64,000 nt of DNA, from positions 248,001 through 312,000 of the forward strand of contig JAPEUD010000017.1 of assembly GCA_026026165.1 (NCBI GenBank), written 5' to 3'. Position 1 is the stretch's first letter; each line of letters starts with the position of its first letter. This DNA comes from Sarea resinae (taxonomy: Eukaryota). Shown here piece after piece: positions 38,828 through 51,093 of this stretch. The position numbers and the translations under genes were made by a program. The notes under the pieces are model-generated. The model ran no database searches. It saw nothing but the letters and a program-made list of their open reading frames with translations, and was not told the DNA's origin.

Positions 38828-41472
38828 ATGCAGGTTTGTGGAACCCTCGCCCATCTCAGCTCGTATCCCAGATGTTCGCTGCATTCTTCTGTGCCTATCG
38901 CGTGAGCCTTGGCGCAGACGGAGATCTACCTACCACTCGATGCGCGACGAGATCGTGAAGCATTCAATCGCCACCCTGGTTGTTTTTGCGAGCAAGTCCA
39001 ATTTCTTACACGCGGAAACAGGTTGCTGACTGACGCTGGCTCGACTCTTGCAGACATCATCGGCGTTAGACGACTTCAGCGCAAGTCGTCAATACAGAAG
39101 GGGACATGTGCCCCAAATCTCGATAAGTGACGATAGCCACCACGTCACGGAAGCGATTGGAGACATGTATGGAGACCATGATTACGGCAAACGCGACTCG
39201 AGACCTCTAAGTTTCGTTGCCTCGCCGCTCAATGAGACGATCGAACACACTCCGAACAACTCGCCCAACTCGTCAAGGTCTCCTCACACTCGAGCCCCCT
39301 TATCCCGAACAGTATCCAATGAGCGCATCCCGCCATCGACCACGAACAGTCAAGTGCCAATGGCTTCGAGCAGGCATGGTTCACTCTCTCAGGAGAATGG
39401 ACCCCTATCACCTTCGGTCACGAATCGAACACCATCCGAGACGGCGCACGCGCAATTTCCCCTCAACGACCTCGATTACGAGTCCAACCCGGCAGCGGTG
39501 GCTCAAGAACTCAGCAATCTTCAAGCGCTACGCCGCATGTCCATGGATGTCAATACGGCCGCCGATCCAGACCTCCCCGACTTCAACTCGAACCTCGCAA
39601 TGCCGACCGTGGCACCCACTGGAGCAGAGAGCGAAGACGACGCCGCAAGACTCTTCTGGGTGCCCGCAAGAGTGCATCCGGAATTGGCTCCCAAAGAATT
39701 TCGGGCGTTCCTCGAGAGCCGAGTAGATCAGATCAAACGACACAGTGGTGAAGACTCGCTCTCTCCGGACGGACTCCATCACGAAGGATCGGGCGGCGGT
39801 CTACGAAGGAAGAAATCGATGCTGTCTCGACAGATCGATAACGCCGGCGGAAAGGGAGGAGAAGGGTACACAGATGGAGCGGAGAGATTGGAGAGGAAAA
39901 GGTCCTCTTCCAGTCAAAAGGTACTGGATTCCAGCATGTCTAATCTGCAGGAGCTGGAGATATTGGTCAACGATCCCTCAACACTGGCTAGCAAGATAAG
40001 TCTCGAATCCGATCGTCATGGCAAGCCCGCGCGAGGCGAGGTACCGGCAAGTGAGGACATGCCCATTTTACCCGCTGCGCCGCCTGGACATTCTCTTCGG
40101 AGATCGACTCGGACCACCTATCGACGAGGGAGTCTTCGCAAAGGAGAGCGTGTCCCACTGTCTAGAAGAGCTGCGAAAGCGGCCGAGGCTGAAGCAGATG
40201 ACGCGTCTGCCAGCCCCGCTTTGACCGCTGCAGGTGGCTCCTTGAATCGCAAGCTGGAGCGAGGCCAGACGGAGGCAATTCCAGAAGTGCGCGGGCAGGC
40301 TGAGAATTTCTCTCGCCCTGCCCGTCAAGGAAGAAGCCGAGCTCTATCCCCAGAGGCCAGTACGAATACTTCGTTTGACGGGATCCTTCAGCAACAGCCT
40401 GGATCTGAATCAACCGATCAGGAAAATGCACGGGCGATGTCCTTCAAGCAGCGTTCACTACAGCATAATGCAAATGGACGTTCCAGTGCTCCTCCAACCG
40501 CTCAAGGTGGGCTTATTCCGCAGATAGTCGAAACGCCCCCAACCGAAGATCATGCTTCTATTACACAACAATCCCACATTCCTGAGCGAGTATCCTCTCA
40601 CGAGCCTCCCCCGTCAGTACCGCCGCAAAGTCCTTTGCCCCATGGACCTGGATCTAGTCGGGGTCCAAAAAGGCCGCTACTTAATCGGCAAGCGGCCAGC
40701 TCTAGCTCTAAATCACAGACGCTTAGCGACATGGCAGCACATCCATCACCGCTTCCCGGAAATAGCACTCGTACCGATAACCTCTCTTTCATTCCGACTC
40801 TCACCGAAGACAAAAAGGTCGACAAGAAGACCAAGGATAAGAAAGAGAAGGACGGCCACAGTGACGGACCGCGGAAATCTAGCTGGGGATGGCTGCTAGG
40901 GAGTGAGGAGAAAGAGAGAGCGAAGGAGAAGGAGAAAAAGGAGGAGATGACCAAGGCTAAAGCCAGACTGGGGAAACCGGTCGACAAATCACATGATAAC
41001 ACCCGCCTAGATGTTCTTCAAACGTCCATAGAGGGCAGCGGCGGCCGTGCAAGGGAGAGCTTGGTGCTGGATCGGGATAGTATCAAGTTGGATGAAGAGC
41101 GAAAAAAGGAGAGCAGTCGAAAGTCTGGAGCTAGCGATACCAAAAAAGAGAAAGAGTCAGGACTCTTTTCATCTATCTTCGGTGGCGGTAAGAAGAAGAG
41201 TGATCGAGACTCGGGAGAAAAGAAGTCGAGCAAGTTACGTGCTCTCTCACCGGATCCGCCCCACCGTGTTCTTAGGCCGGACATTGACTACAACTGGACT
41301 CGCTTCTCGATCCTGGAAGAACGTGCCATCTACCGCATGGCTCACATCAAACTCGCAAATCCTCGTCGTGCTCTATACTCGCAGGTCTTATTGTCCAATT
41401 TCATGTACTCATACCTTGCCAAGGTTCAGCAAATGCATCCTCAAATGCAGATTCCGCAATCACCGGCACAAA

Positions 41473-41512
<40 letters not shown>

Positions 41513-41937
41513 CCAGCAGCAACAATCACAACAGCAGCAGCAGCAATATCAACAACACAGCCAGCAGTCCTCCAGAGATCAGCAACCTGACGAATACTAC
41601 CAATATCAGAAGTATCAAGAGGTGAGACTCTGACTTTCCATCTAGGCCCCATCCCAAACTAATTGTTCTACAATAGATGCAGGCCCAGGCCGACTCGGAG
41701 GGGACTGACTATGTTGATGATTCACAAATGTACAACAACTATGAACACCACAGGCAAGATGGCCGTCCTCACCAATCCGAAGACCTACGCCATGGTGGGC
41801 AAAACGGCGACGGCTATGCTTCCAACAATACTAATCATCAACATCATCATGGTCAAAATACTGGAAGTACGCAGCAGCAGTACTCGTACGAAAGCCAATT
41901 CGATGACAGAGATAATTCCAGGGACGAGATGTGGTGA
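38828..41937 (+). CDS. ZDS1: Zds1-like protein (telomere silencing / PP2A-Cdc55 regulator), polyQ
   Basis: Motifs LFWVPARVHPELAPKEF and the Zds1_C domain RFSILEERAIYRMAHIKLANPRRALYSQVLLSNFMYSYL. Inferred 6-nt first coding exon ATGCAG at 38828-38833; last exon 41677-41937. Confidence 0.88.
41474..41546 (+). repeat. CAG trinucleotide repeat (polyQ) in ZDS1
   Basis: (CAG)12 followed by interrupted CAG/CAA. Confidence 0.9.
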
Positions 41938-42723
41938 TGTTCTCTCGCTAGTCGGACGAGGCTGGTTCGTTTCGTCTACTCTTGTTGGCGGCGGGGGGGG
42001 GCGTTGGACGAACAAAGGAGTTGTACCACTGCCAAGAGGCTTTGTTGATTTCTGGGTGGCCTTGGAATAATTATGCATAGCGATGGATCTTATGCTTCTT
42101 TCTTCTTTTTCATCTTTTCTTTTCTTTGGCTGTACTCTGTTGTGGCCCCAGCCTTTCAGGTATATGGGCGGCCATGCAACCTATTGCAACCACTCTTTCC
42201 ACAACTCGCAAAGAATGAATGTACGATATAGGCTCGTCTACTTACAGTTGCTTCCTCAGTTACGCGCACATACATACTAGGAAGGATGGTAGGCTTAGGT
42301 ATTTTTCTTATGAACGAGAGAACGCATTTGGGTCATTTCTCCGAATTTTATATCTGGCGTGGTCGTTGGCGTAATGCCTCACGCGTTTTCTCCACCCTAC
42401 TTCCGTAGAACCTCATATAAATCGAACTTGAAGGCAACACTCTGGAAATCGCTCATCGTGTCCTGTCCTTGATATGCCATCAACACCTCTATCTCCATGT
42501 GGAGTACCCCAGACTTTTGGCAGTTTGGCCCCAGGTACTTCGTACAAGGAGATCGGCTATTTCCGCTATCTCCGCGCCCTTTCCGCGGATGTCGTCAATG
42601 CACTTCGTCAAGAGCACTAAAATAAATGTTCGATCTACGCAGTACAGCATCTCCCTCGCCCACAACTCCTCCATCAATTAGTTCCTCGATCGAACAACCA
42701 AAGAACAACTCAATCGCAATACT

Positions 42724-43708
42724 ATGCCGTCGTTTCCTGAGGTTCAAGGTGGTGGGAGCTTGATGCTTGCGTGGCAGGTCAAGGGAAAGAGGGTTCTTGT
42801 TGTCGGCGGCGGGGAGGTGCGCTAGATCTTTCCTTTGGTCAAAGGTTCTTGAGATAACCAAGGACTCGTCGACTCATCGAATCATCGGTATAGTGGCGAA
42901 CAATCGCTAATGCGCCCGACTACAGGTAGCAGCTGGTCGCATCCTCGCGCTCCTGAACGCCGACGCCCTCATAACCGTCATCTGCCCCGCCACGGGCCTC
43001 AACCCGGAAGTCTCGCACCGCCTCGCCCAAGGCCTGATCACCCACATCGACCGGCGCTTCGAGGCCGCGGACCTCGCCGACGCATCGACGTACTCGCTCG
43101 TGCTCACCGCCATCGACGACCCGGCGACGTCGTCCCAGATCTACACGCTCTGCCACGCCAAGAACATCCCGGCCAACATCGCCGACGTGCCGCCCGAGTG
43201 CGATTTCTATTTCGGCAGCATCCACCGCGATGGGCCCGTGCAGATCATGGTGTCGACCAATGGCAACGGGCCGAGGATAGCGGCCCTGGTTCGCCGCAGG
43301 ATCGCTGCTACGTTGCCGGCGAATCTGGGGGCCGCGGTCCAGAGGGTCGGGGAGCTCAGGAGGCAGCTGCGAGTCATCGCTCCTGGGGACGATGAGGGCA
43401 AGAAGAGGATGAGGTGGATCTCCGGGGTGTCGGATCGCTGGACGCTGGACCAACTATGCGGCATGAGCGATGCGGATATCGGAAAGATCCTGGCGTTTTA
43501 CGAGTCCGGCAAGGTGCCGAGATACGAGGATATTCACCCGGAAGAAACGTCATCCTCGCTCCTCTACGCTCCTCAGCGTTTGGTCTCATCGTTGCTCACG
43601 GGCTCAGGGAGCAAATTGGGAGAGGGGCTTCCTTCGGGCCTGGTGGGCTTTGGACTAGGTATCTCGCTCAGTTGGGCGGTCTGGGCTCTGAGGAGTCGCC
43701 AGAGGTGA
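42724..43708 (+). CDS. MET8: Siroheme biosynthesis precorrin-2 dehydrogenase/ferrochelatase Met8, 2 exons
   Basis: GGSLMLAWQVKGKRVLVVGGGE|VAAGRI, LTAIDD, ANIADVPPECDFYFGS, QIMVSTNGNGPR, KRMRW. Confidence 0.93.
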
Positions 43709-44806
43709 AGGAAGCATGAGGAGGTAATGTCGAGGCTGTGTCTGGGGTCCATCGATCTGGTCTCAACGGAGAGATGGGGGAGGGAATGATGGAGAACGGA
43801 AAGCATAAGAGACAGAGAACCAGAGAGCCTGATCTACAGACCAAAGACGCATGCTCTTCTGCGGCCAGAAACTTGCTGGACCAGCCACAGCCGACTTCGA
43901 CCGACACCCTGAGCATCGACAGCCGGTAGCTGAGGGTTGTCGTCGAGATACCACGGCCCCCGTCTGGTGCTGTACCACCAGTCGCTTTGCTGAACCGAAC
44001 TCGAGGATTTTGACCACTGCAGCCACAGAAGCATACGTACCGCGTGTTTCGTGCAAGATCACCTCAAGAAAGAAAGGCCGGGGTTAAGGGGTACAGGCCA
44101 ATCAGCAGAGCGAGAAGATGGCGGCGAAGGAGAGAAAGCGAATCGAGATACAAATGCAAGTGCTTAGAATTAGAGAATTGATTTCTATAGGAGTTCTTGA
44201 TCTGGAGTCGATGCATGTTTATGTGATAGTTCTGGTGGATCATCTCCCCTTCTTACGCAGCCAGCAGAACCATAACAAAGGGCATGGAGACAGCACTATT
44301 ACGAAGCAATCTCCTTGACACCCAGATAGCAGTCAAATCTCTCACAATCTCCCTACGTCTTCCTCTTCTCTCTGTCCCAACGCCGACTTCTCTGTCCGCG
44401 TTTTTCCAATCTATGCAATCGAGTGACGACCCCTTTCTCAGCTAGTACCTCCAGAACGTGACAAAGCTCCGAGGGCTTTTACCTCATCGCCATCCTGACT
44501 ATACGCTCACGAATCCCGCTTTTCATGTCAATCTCGCATCTTTGCTTTCGCTCTCTAGCACTTCCGATTTCTTCTTCTCTAAAGGGTCATCAGTCGCCCC
44601 TCCAGCTTCCCTCTTTACCCTACATGCTGTCATGGCTCCAGGACGTGAAATAAGCGAGAATGGATCCGGCGGTTGGGAAAACGGGAAAAGGGATAACAGT
44701 ACGCGAACAAAAAGAACGCCGTGGCTGTGGTGTCATGACCGCCCAAAGACTCTTCGAACGAAGTTTTGGTGAACTACTCGGCAATCTGGACTGTAGGGTG
44801 GACTCG

Positions 44807-46036
44807 TCAGGATGAGCCCTCTGTAGCAGGTATAGCGGTCGTTGCAGCGACGGGTGTAGGCGTCGAGGCAGGTGCCGTGGATGTAGAATTGGCACTCGCT
44901 TCGACTTGCTCAGCCCACGATGAGCCAGAAACGGGATCTCGAGCCTGACCTTCTTGGACTGTGGCTACGGAAGGGCCCGAGGTGTTTTGTGGCGTTGGCG
45001 TCCCGGCTGAGGCAGGCAGAGGAGGGAAATCGGCTTGTTTGGGTGGCGTTGATGTAGATGTGGTGTTCCGATCGGATGTCGATGAAGGGCCGCCGTAACC
45101 CCCTCTCCCTCTACCTCCAGCAATGCCTCCTCGTCCCCTGGATCCCCTCATACCGCCCCTGCCAGCCCGGGAAGCAACCTCCTCACGACTCTCCTCGCCA
45201 CCAGCAGCACCACTGGCGCCCCCGTCATAAGCCACCCCCCCGTAGGCGCCCCTCCGGAATTGACTCGCATTGCCCCTTCCCCCACGGCCTGAATAGTCCT
45301 CCTCCTTCTTTTCCGCGTCCCACTCCCGTCCCTGCACAGCCTTGAGTTTCCGCAACCGGTTCTTCTCGCGCTCGCCCTCGAGAATGTGTCTGTTCTGCCG
45401 CTCTTCGCGCCGCTTGGCCTGCGCTTGCTGTTCGCGCTCCTGAAAGGCCTCTTCGTCGGCTTCGGCGCGCGCATGGGCGGCTTCCAATGAGGCGTTTTTC
45501 AGGGCAATCGACGCGAGGCGTGCCGAAAGTTCATCTTCTGTCAATTTGGGCTGAGGAGGTGCAATGTGTTAGCTTCTGCTGAATGCGACTCACTCCGGGG
45601 GAGTACGCGTGTCGTAGGTGATGGGGAAGAGAAGAGACAGTCGTACCTTTCTGACCCCGCCTGTACGGCTGCGATCTCCTCGGACTGCCCCTCCGCCCGC
45701 GCCGCCGCTTTCTCTACCCGCCTCCTTCGCTGGTGTGCCATCGACGACATTTTCTTGCCCTTGACTCTCACTGGTCGCAGCAACTTTATCGTTCGCAGAA
45801 GTGTTCGCTTTGCGACCTCCCGCTCCGTGTCTTCCTCCCCTCCCTCTCCTCTCACCCTGGCCGCGGTGGAAATGATTCTGGCCTTCTTTGGGCGCGGGGA
45901 CCAGACCTGGCTCGATGGGCGGCGGCAATACCTCAACGGGCTGCTCGGTCTCGACTGGCTCAGCAGCAGGGGTGAAGTCGTCGTCGAAAAGGTCGTCGGG
46001 CTCTCTTGTTTGCGCGAAGCCGTCTATGTCATCCAT
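44807..46036 (-). CDS. Hypothetical protein with coiled coil and RGG boxes, 2 exons
   Basis: DDLFDDDF N-terminus; AVRGDRSRTGGVRK|PKLTEDELSARLASIALKN...GREWDAEK...RGGRG; canonical intron. Confidence 0.8.
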
Positions 46037-46865
46037 GGCGCGTGTTTGAAGTCGGTGCTAGAGGGAAGGTGCTGTAAAGGGCAGGGGAATCGGATGGCTT
46101 GATCCAGGGAACCCGGATATTTCGTAGAGGGCAAAGAGCAGTGTTGATCAAATGCTGTACTCTACGTTTCCTTTGGTATGATAGAGTGGGTGCAAAGGAC
46201 CTCTATGCTCCGCGTGCATGGGTCAGCTAAAGTTGCGATTTCGCACTCGTGTTGCAGCGCGACGTAGCTATAAGATACAGCTAGCTTGCCAGATGATGCG
46301 GCCACTTGCGAGTGTCCAGACCTCGATGTTTGGTACTCGACACACAGATTCACGGATAGGACAAGGCTTACCTGTTGGATATTTCTGGTTTGGCGGGCCT
46401 TGAAACGTAATGGGGATGTCGGATTGTGAATTGTCATTCCTGGTTGGGTTTGTGTTCACCAGCACTTGGGGATGATCGTGAGCTCGGATAACGGGTTGAT
46501 CCGAACGGCGACCTGCAGGCTGCAGCAGCCGGAATGCACCACTGTAGTCTGTAGCCATGGATGCCACCCACCACGGCTTTGAGATGGATCAAGATGCAAT
46601 GCGCCTTGAGAATAGAGCCAGTTCTTTGATTTAGGGGCTGATGTTGGAAAATGCAGTGATCGCACTCTACCAGGCCTGACTCTTTGCCCACTCTCTCTGG
46701 ATCCCGTCACAAAGACTGATCACGACATATGCCCATACATGCAAGATGCACCTCGCAGAAGAAAATAATCCATACACATATGTAATTATGACCGCCAAGA
46801 ACAAACAATACCACGACCTTGTGCCCGTCAAGAGACGGCACACAAAAAGAAGAACAAGAATCCGC

Positions 46866-48905
46866 TCATTCACTCTTCGCCTCCTTCTCCTTCCCTTTAG
46901 CTCCCGTTCTTCCCTTTCCCAAAACCTCAACCACCACCGTCTTTATCCTCCCCTGGACTCGCTTCACTACTGCCTTCAAATCCAGTCGCTCGACCTCATC
47001 GGCCCCGACGAAGCGTCGCACAAGAAGATTGAAGACGCTGCCGAATGCCAGGGCCATGACTGTGCTTGTCAGGATGATGACGTTGTACGGCATGCTGAAA
47101 TCAGGGGTCGGAAGAGAGAGCAGGAGGGGAGTAGTGCGGAGGAAGTAATCAAAGTCTCGTTGCGAAGCATGATTGTCTGCAGCTTGTGGGGATGCTGAGG
47201 AAAGAAGACGAATGACGGCGGCGGCAACGTCGAAGCCCCGGTTGGCGTCAGGGGGATACTCCGTATAGCGCAGGATGGCCTTTTCGAAGTCGTAGGTGAG
47301 GGTCATGGTTGAGGCGGGAGGCAGAGAGACGAGAAGTTCAAGATGGGTGCCACGGTGTCGGTCGAGGGCTGGACGGTAATAGATTTCTTTTATGAGGGAG
47401 AAATTCGTAGATGCTTTGAGGGTATCAATGGTTTGATTTGTAGTGCCCGGGAGATTCCTGAGCTCGGCGCGCAATGTATGAAGATAAGGTTTCATAAACC
47501 AGGGAAGGGATTCGAGGTAGACGAATTCGATGGCGTTGGTACGCGAAGGGTTGGTGAGGAGTGTCTGAACGCCACCGCGCTCTTGGCCATAGCCGGTGAA
47601 AGAGCGCTCCGCGTAGAGGGGCGGATCCAATAGGGGTGGGACGGAGCTGATGGGTTGGATAGGTAGCACAATATCAAAGTTGCCATTTGCTATCGCTCAA
47701 TCAGAACAAGATATGTTTAGTTTGTGAGATGCTGGGACTTACGAGGCAGTTTATAGCACCGGAAGTGATCACCCTTGGTCTTCCGCTCCACAGCGCCAGC
47801 GGATGTGTATACTTGTCGTTCGTGGGGGACGTCAATGCAGACGGTCTCCGACTCTTCACCATGGCTTTCCGTCAATGAACACGAACCTCTAATGGGCCGC
47901 CCGAAAATCTCGGTCAAACTCCAGGGTTGCTCAGTGGTCAAATCCAAGGGGTAGCAGGCCTGCTCAGAGGCATACGGTTTTGAGGTATCGCAGGCTAGGT
48001 CTTCCGCCGGAATTGGACGAGGGATGGGATTATCTATATACAATTAGCAACTGCGCCTACTCTTTTGACTTGATTGACAAACCTCGGTGCCGCTTCGACC
48101 GCTCCACATCCAGAACCATGTCTACTGTCTGCTCAATCTCAAGAATACACTCGCTTCCATCGAGTGGACATACAGGCCGTACATCAATAGCCATACTCTG
48201 CCACGATGCGTCGAACAGTTTGTGTCCATCGAGCAAGCTTGATATCCCTGCTTTGCCTTTGCAAGGAAGCAGCTTGAGGAACGGCGTGAGATTTTCCGTG
48301 CACACAGGTTCCCTCGGCAGGGTCCCATGTAGTAGGTGCAGCCTAGAATCACTACCATCCGCGTGGTGCCCAGAGGGCTCGAAAGACATGACTGGTCTGA
48401 TGGTGCGAGTCGAGTCGATAAAGTTGAGGGAGGCGCAAAAGAGGCCGGAGAGGGCATTGGTCAGGGTTAACCAGCGCGCATCAGCTCTGGAGCATCGTTA
48501 GCACTGTGAAATACTCATCGCATTCTTCACGCCCGCCCAAGAAGCCTACTCATCATCCGTATCCGCCTCCACCCAAGCCCACAGCTCCACCCCCGTCCCT
48601 CCTTCCCTCGAGCCCCCCCATGGCCGAGCTCCCCAGCTCTCATCATCCCATCTCCCCAAACTAAATCTCAGATGTAGTTCCCGGGTATTCGAATGCTGGA
48701 GTATCTGTCCCAAAGATCGCGGGAAGAATCTAAAGTTCTGCTGCTCGAAGGAGCTGGCGGAGGCGTTGCTGCGGAAATTGAAAGAGGCCGACAGCGAGGA
48801 TTGAGGAAGAGGGCGCAGAAGCAATCGCTCGTGGTAGTCTGTGGAGGCGGAGATGAGAGAAATGAATGAGAAGATAAAGACAGAGAGAAAGGAAAGGGAT
48901 ATCAT
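46866..48905 (-). CDS. GPI16: GPI transamidase subunit Gpi16/PIG-T, 4 exons
   Basis: Signal peptide; motifs FPRSLGQIL, GGTGVELWAW, LSGLFCASLNFI, EPVCTENLTPFLKLLPCKGKAG, EYPPDANRGFDV and LPTPDFSMPYNVIILTSTV. Confidence 0.95.
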
Positions 48906-49160
48906 GACGGCTCTTCAGCCGGAGCTGTGGTAGGACATCTATCGTTGTTTATTATCTATTCTGCAGCATTTCCGATTTCCAGTTGACGATTGGCGTCACT
49001 TGCAACGGGTTGCGGAAGAAGCCGAGTCGCGAACGGATTTGAACATCTCGACTTTCGCGACAATCATCCAGACACTCCAGACAATCTCCAAACTTCACAT
49101 TCTTTGGTCATATACGGGCCACTCATCTCGCCCACCCTAACCTCAAACGCCATCTTAAGC

Positions 49161-50268
49161 ATGGCTGCGGAGCAGAGGAAGCTGCTCGGTAAGTCCGCTT
49201 TCTACGAATTCTTCTCCATGTCCACCGTCCTCGAAAGCTAACTTATCGTCCGCTATCCAGAGCAGCTCATGGGCGGTATATCTTCCCCTGCCCCTCCTAT
49301 TCCGCGCAACCTCCCACTAACCTACCAATCCCACAGACCAGCTCATGGGCAGCGGCAGCTCACGAACGCCTCAACTCTCCCTCACAGACCCGAAAGTCTG
49401 CCGGTCCTTCCTCGCGGGCACCTGCCCGCACGACCTTTTCACCAACACCAAGCAGGATTTGGGCCCATGTCCGAAAGTGCATAGCGAGGCGCTGAAGAGC
49501 GAATACGAAAACTCGCCGGACAAAGCGAAGTATGGATTCGAGTACGATTACATGCGCGATCTACAGAAGTATCTGGACGAGTGCAACCGGAGGATCGATG
49601 CGCTGCAGCGCCGGCTAGAGAAGACGCCCGATGAGATACGGCAGACGAATAATTTGGTACGTATAATACTATGATGGTAAAGAAGAAGAACAATAGCTAC
49701 ATTCCATTGCGAACTCTCCGCGAAGGACGACGTACTAATCTGTTTAACTTAGCTCAAACAAATATCCGACCTCAACACGACAATCGAGAACGGCCTCCTC
49801 GAGGTCTCCATCCTGGCCGAAGAAGGATCCGTCCACAACGCCTACCTCGAATTCCACAAAGTGCACCAAGCGAAATCTCAAAAAGAGGAAAAGGAGCGCG
49901 AGCTGAAAGCCCTATCCGACACCTCGGGCCCGTCGGGGCATCAGAAACTCCAAGTCTGCCACGTCTGCGGCGCGTATCTAAGTCGGCTGGATAATGATCG
50001 ACGGCTTGCAGACCATTTCTACGGCAAAATGCATTTGGGTTATGCGCAGATGCGCAAGACGTGGGATGCGTTGCAGAAAGAATTGAGGGGGAAGCCGCCG
50101 CCTGTTAGGCATGAGGTTGGCGATGGGAGTCCGAGGGGTCCGAGGGACGGAGGCGATGGATACGGCGATGGTGGGGGATGGGGCGGGAGAGGCGGAGGGA
50201 GAGGAGGATATAGGGGTGGTGGGGGTTATGGCCGGGGTGGTGGGTTTAGGGGGCGAGGCAGGTGGTGA
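49161..50268 (+). CDS. LUC7: U1 snRNP-associated splicing factor Luc7, 4 exons
   Basis: MAAEQRKLLEQLMG; ZnF1 CRSFLAGTCPHDLFTNTKQDLGPCPKVH; ZnF2 QKLQVCHVCGAYLSRLDNDRRLADHFYGKMHLGY; RGG tail. Confidence 0.95.
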
Positions 50269-51093
50269 GGCTCATTTCTGCTCCTGTCTGTCTTATGCAT
50301 GCGTGGCGTTTTGCGTTTTAGGCTTTCTGATTGAAACGATCCGTAAGAGAGATAGGAAGACTACGATGGCGCTTGGCGGTTCAATCTCACAAACAGCTTT
50401 CTCCTTAACAGTATATCAGACTTCATTCTGCAGAGGAAAAGTTTGCTATTATTTTTTTGGTTTTCGTCAAGACAAGCTATATAAGCATTTGCCACGGACG
50501 ACGATATTCTTCACCCATCTCCTGCCTTTCTTTCCACACCTTGTCTCACTACATAAGAGCGTGTGAGAGCAGAAGCACTCGACGCAACAAATCGAAAAGA
50601 AAAGAGACTAGTATACAGATATTCAATTCCTTCCCTTGAGGTGCTTGCTTTCCTTATTTTGCCGTATTCCATATCCCAGATGCCATGACTGTTTCCATAA
50701 ACGATATTCCAGCGAGAATTTAAGTAGAAGGAGAAGGAGAAAGGAAAGGAGAATAGCTCAATTGTGCTCGCCGACGACTGAGAATGAAAGCCTACATGAA
50801 TCTGACCTGGCTCGCTCGGACAGACACTCGTCGAGAGAGGCATCGATGCACACGCAAGGAGGCATTGGAAAGCCCGCGGGATTAAGAAAACGTCTGAAGG
50901 AGAAAGGACCCAGAATTGCTGATAGAGACACAGCATTGAGATCCAAAACAGGTAGAAAAAGAGGCTAACATAGTGACACTGAAGACTGCTCGAGTAGAGT
51001 TGAGATGAAAATCCCTATGAACTGTGAACAGCAAACTAGGGATACATAGTGTACACGCCAGGCGATCAGGCAACGATATCAGCGCCCTTGACA

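Noticed and set aside
29564..41937. Two PP2A regulators (RRD1, ZDS1) close together
   Set aside because: They are separated by unrelated genes, so this is likely coincidence without synteny data.
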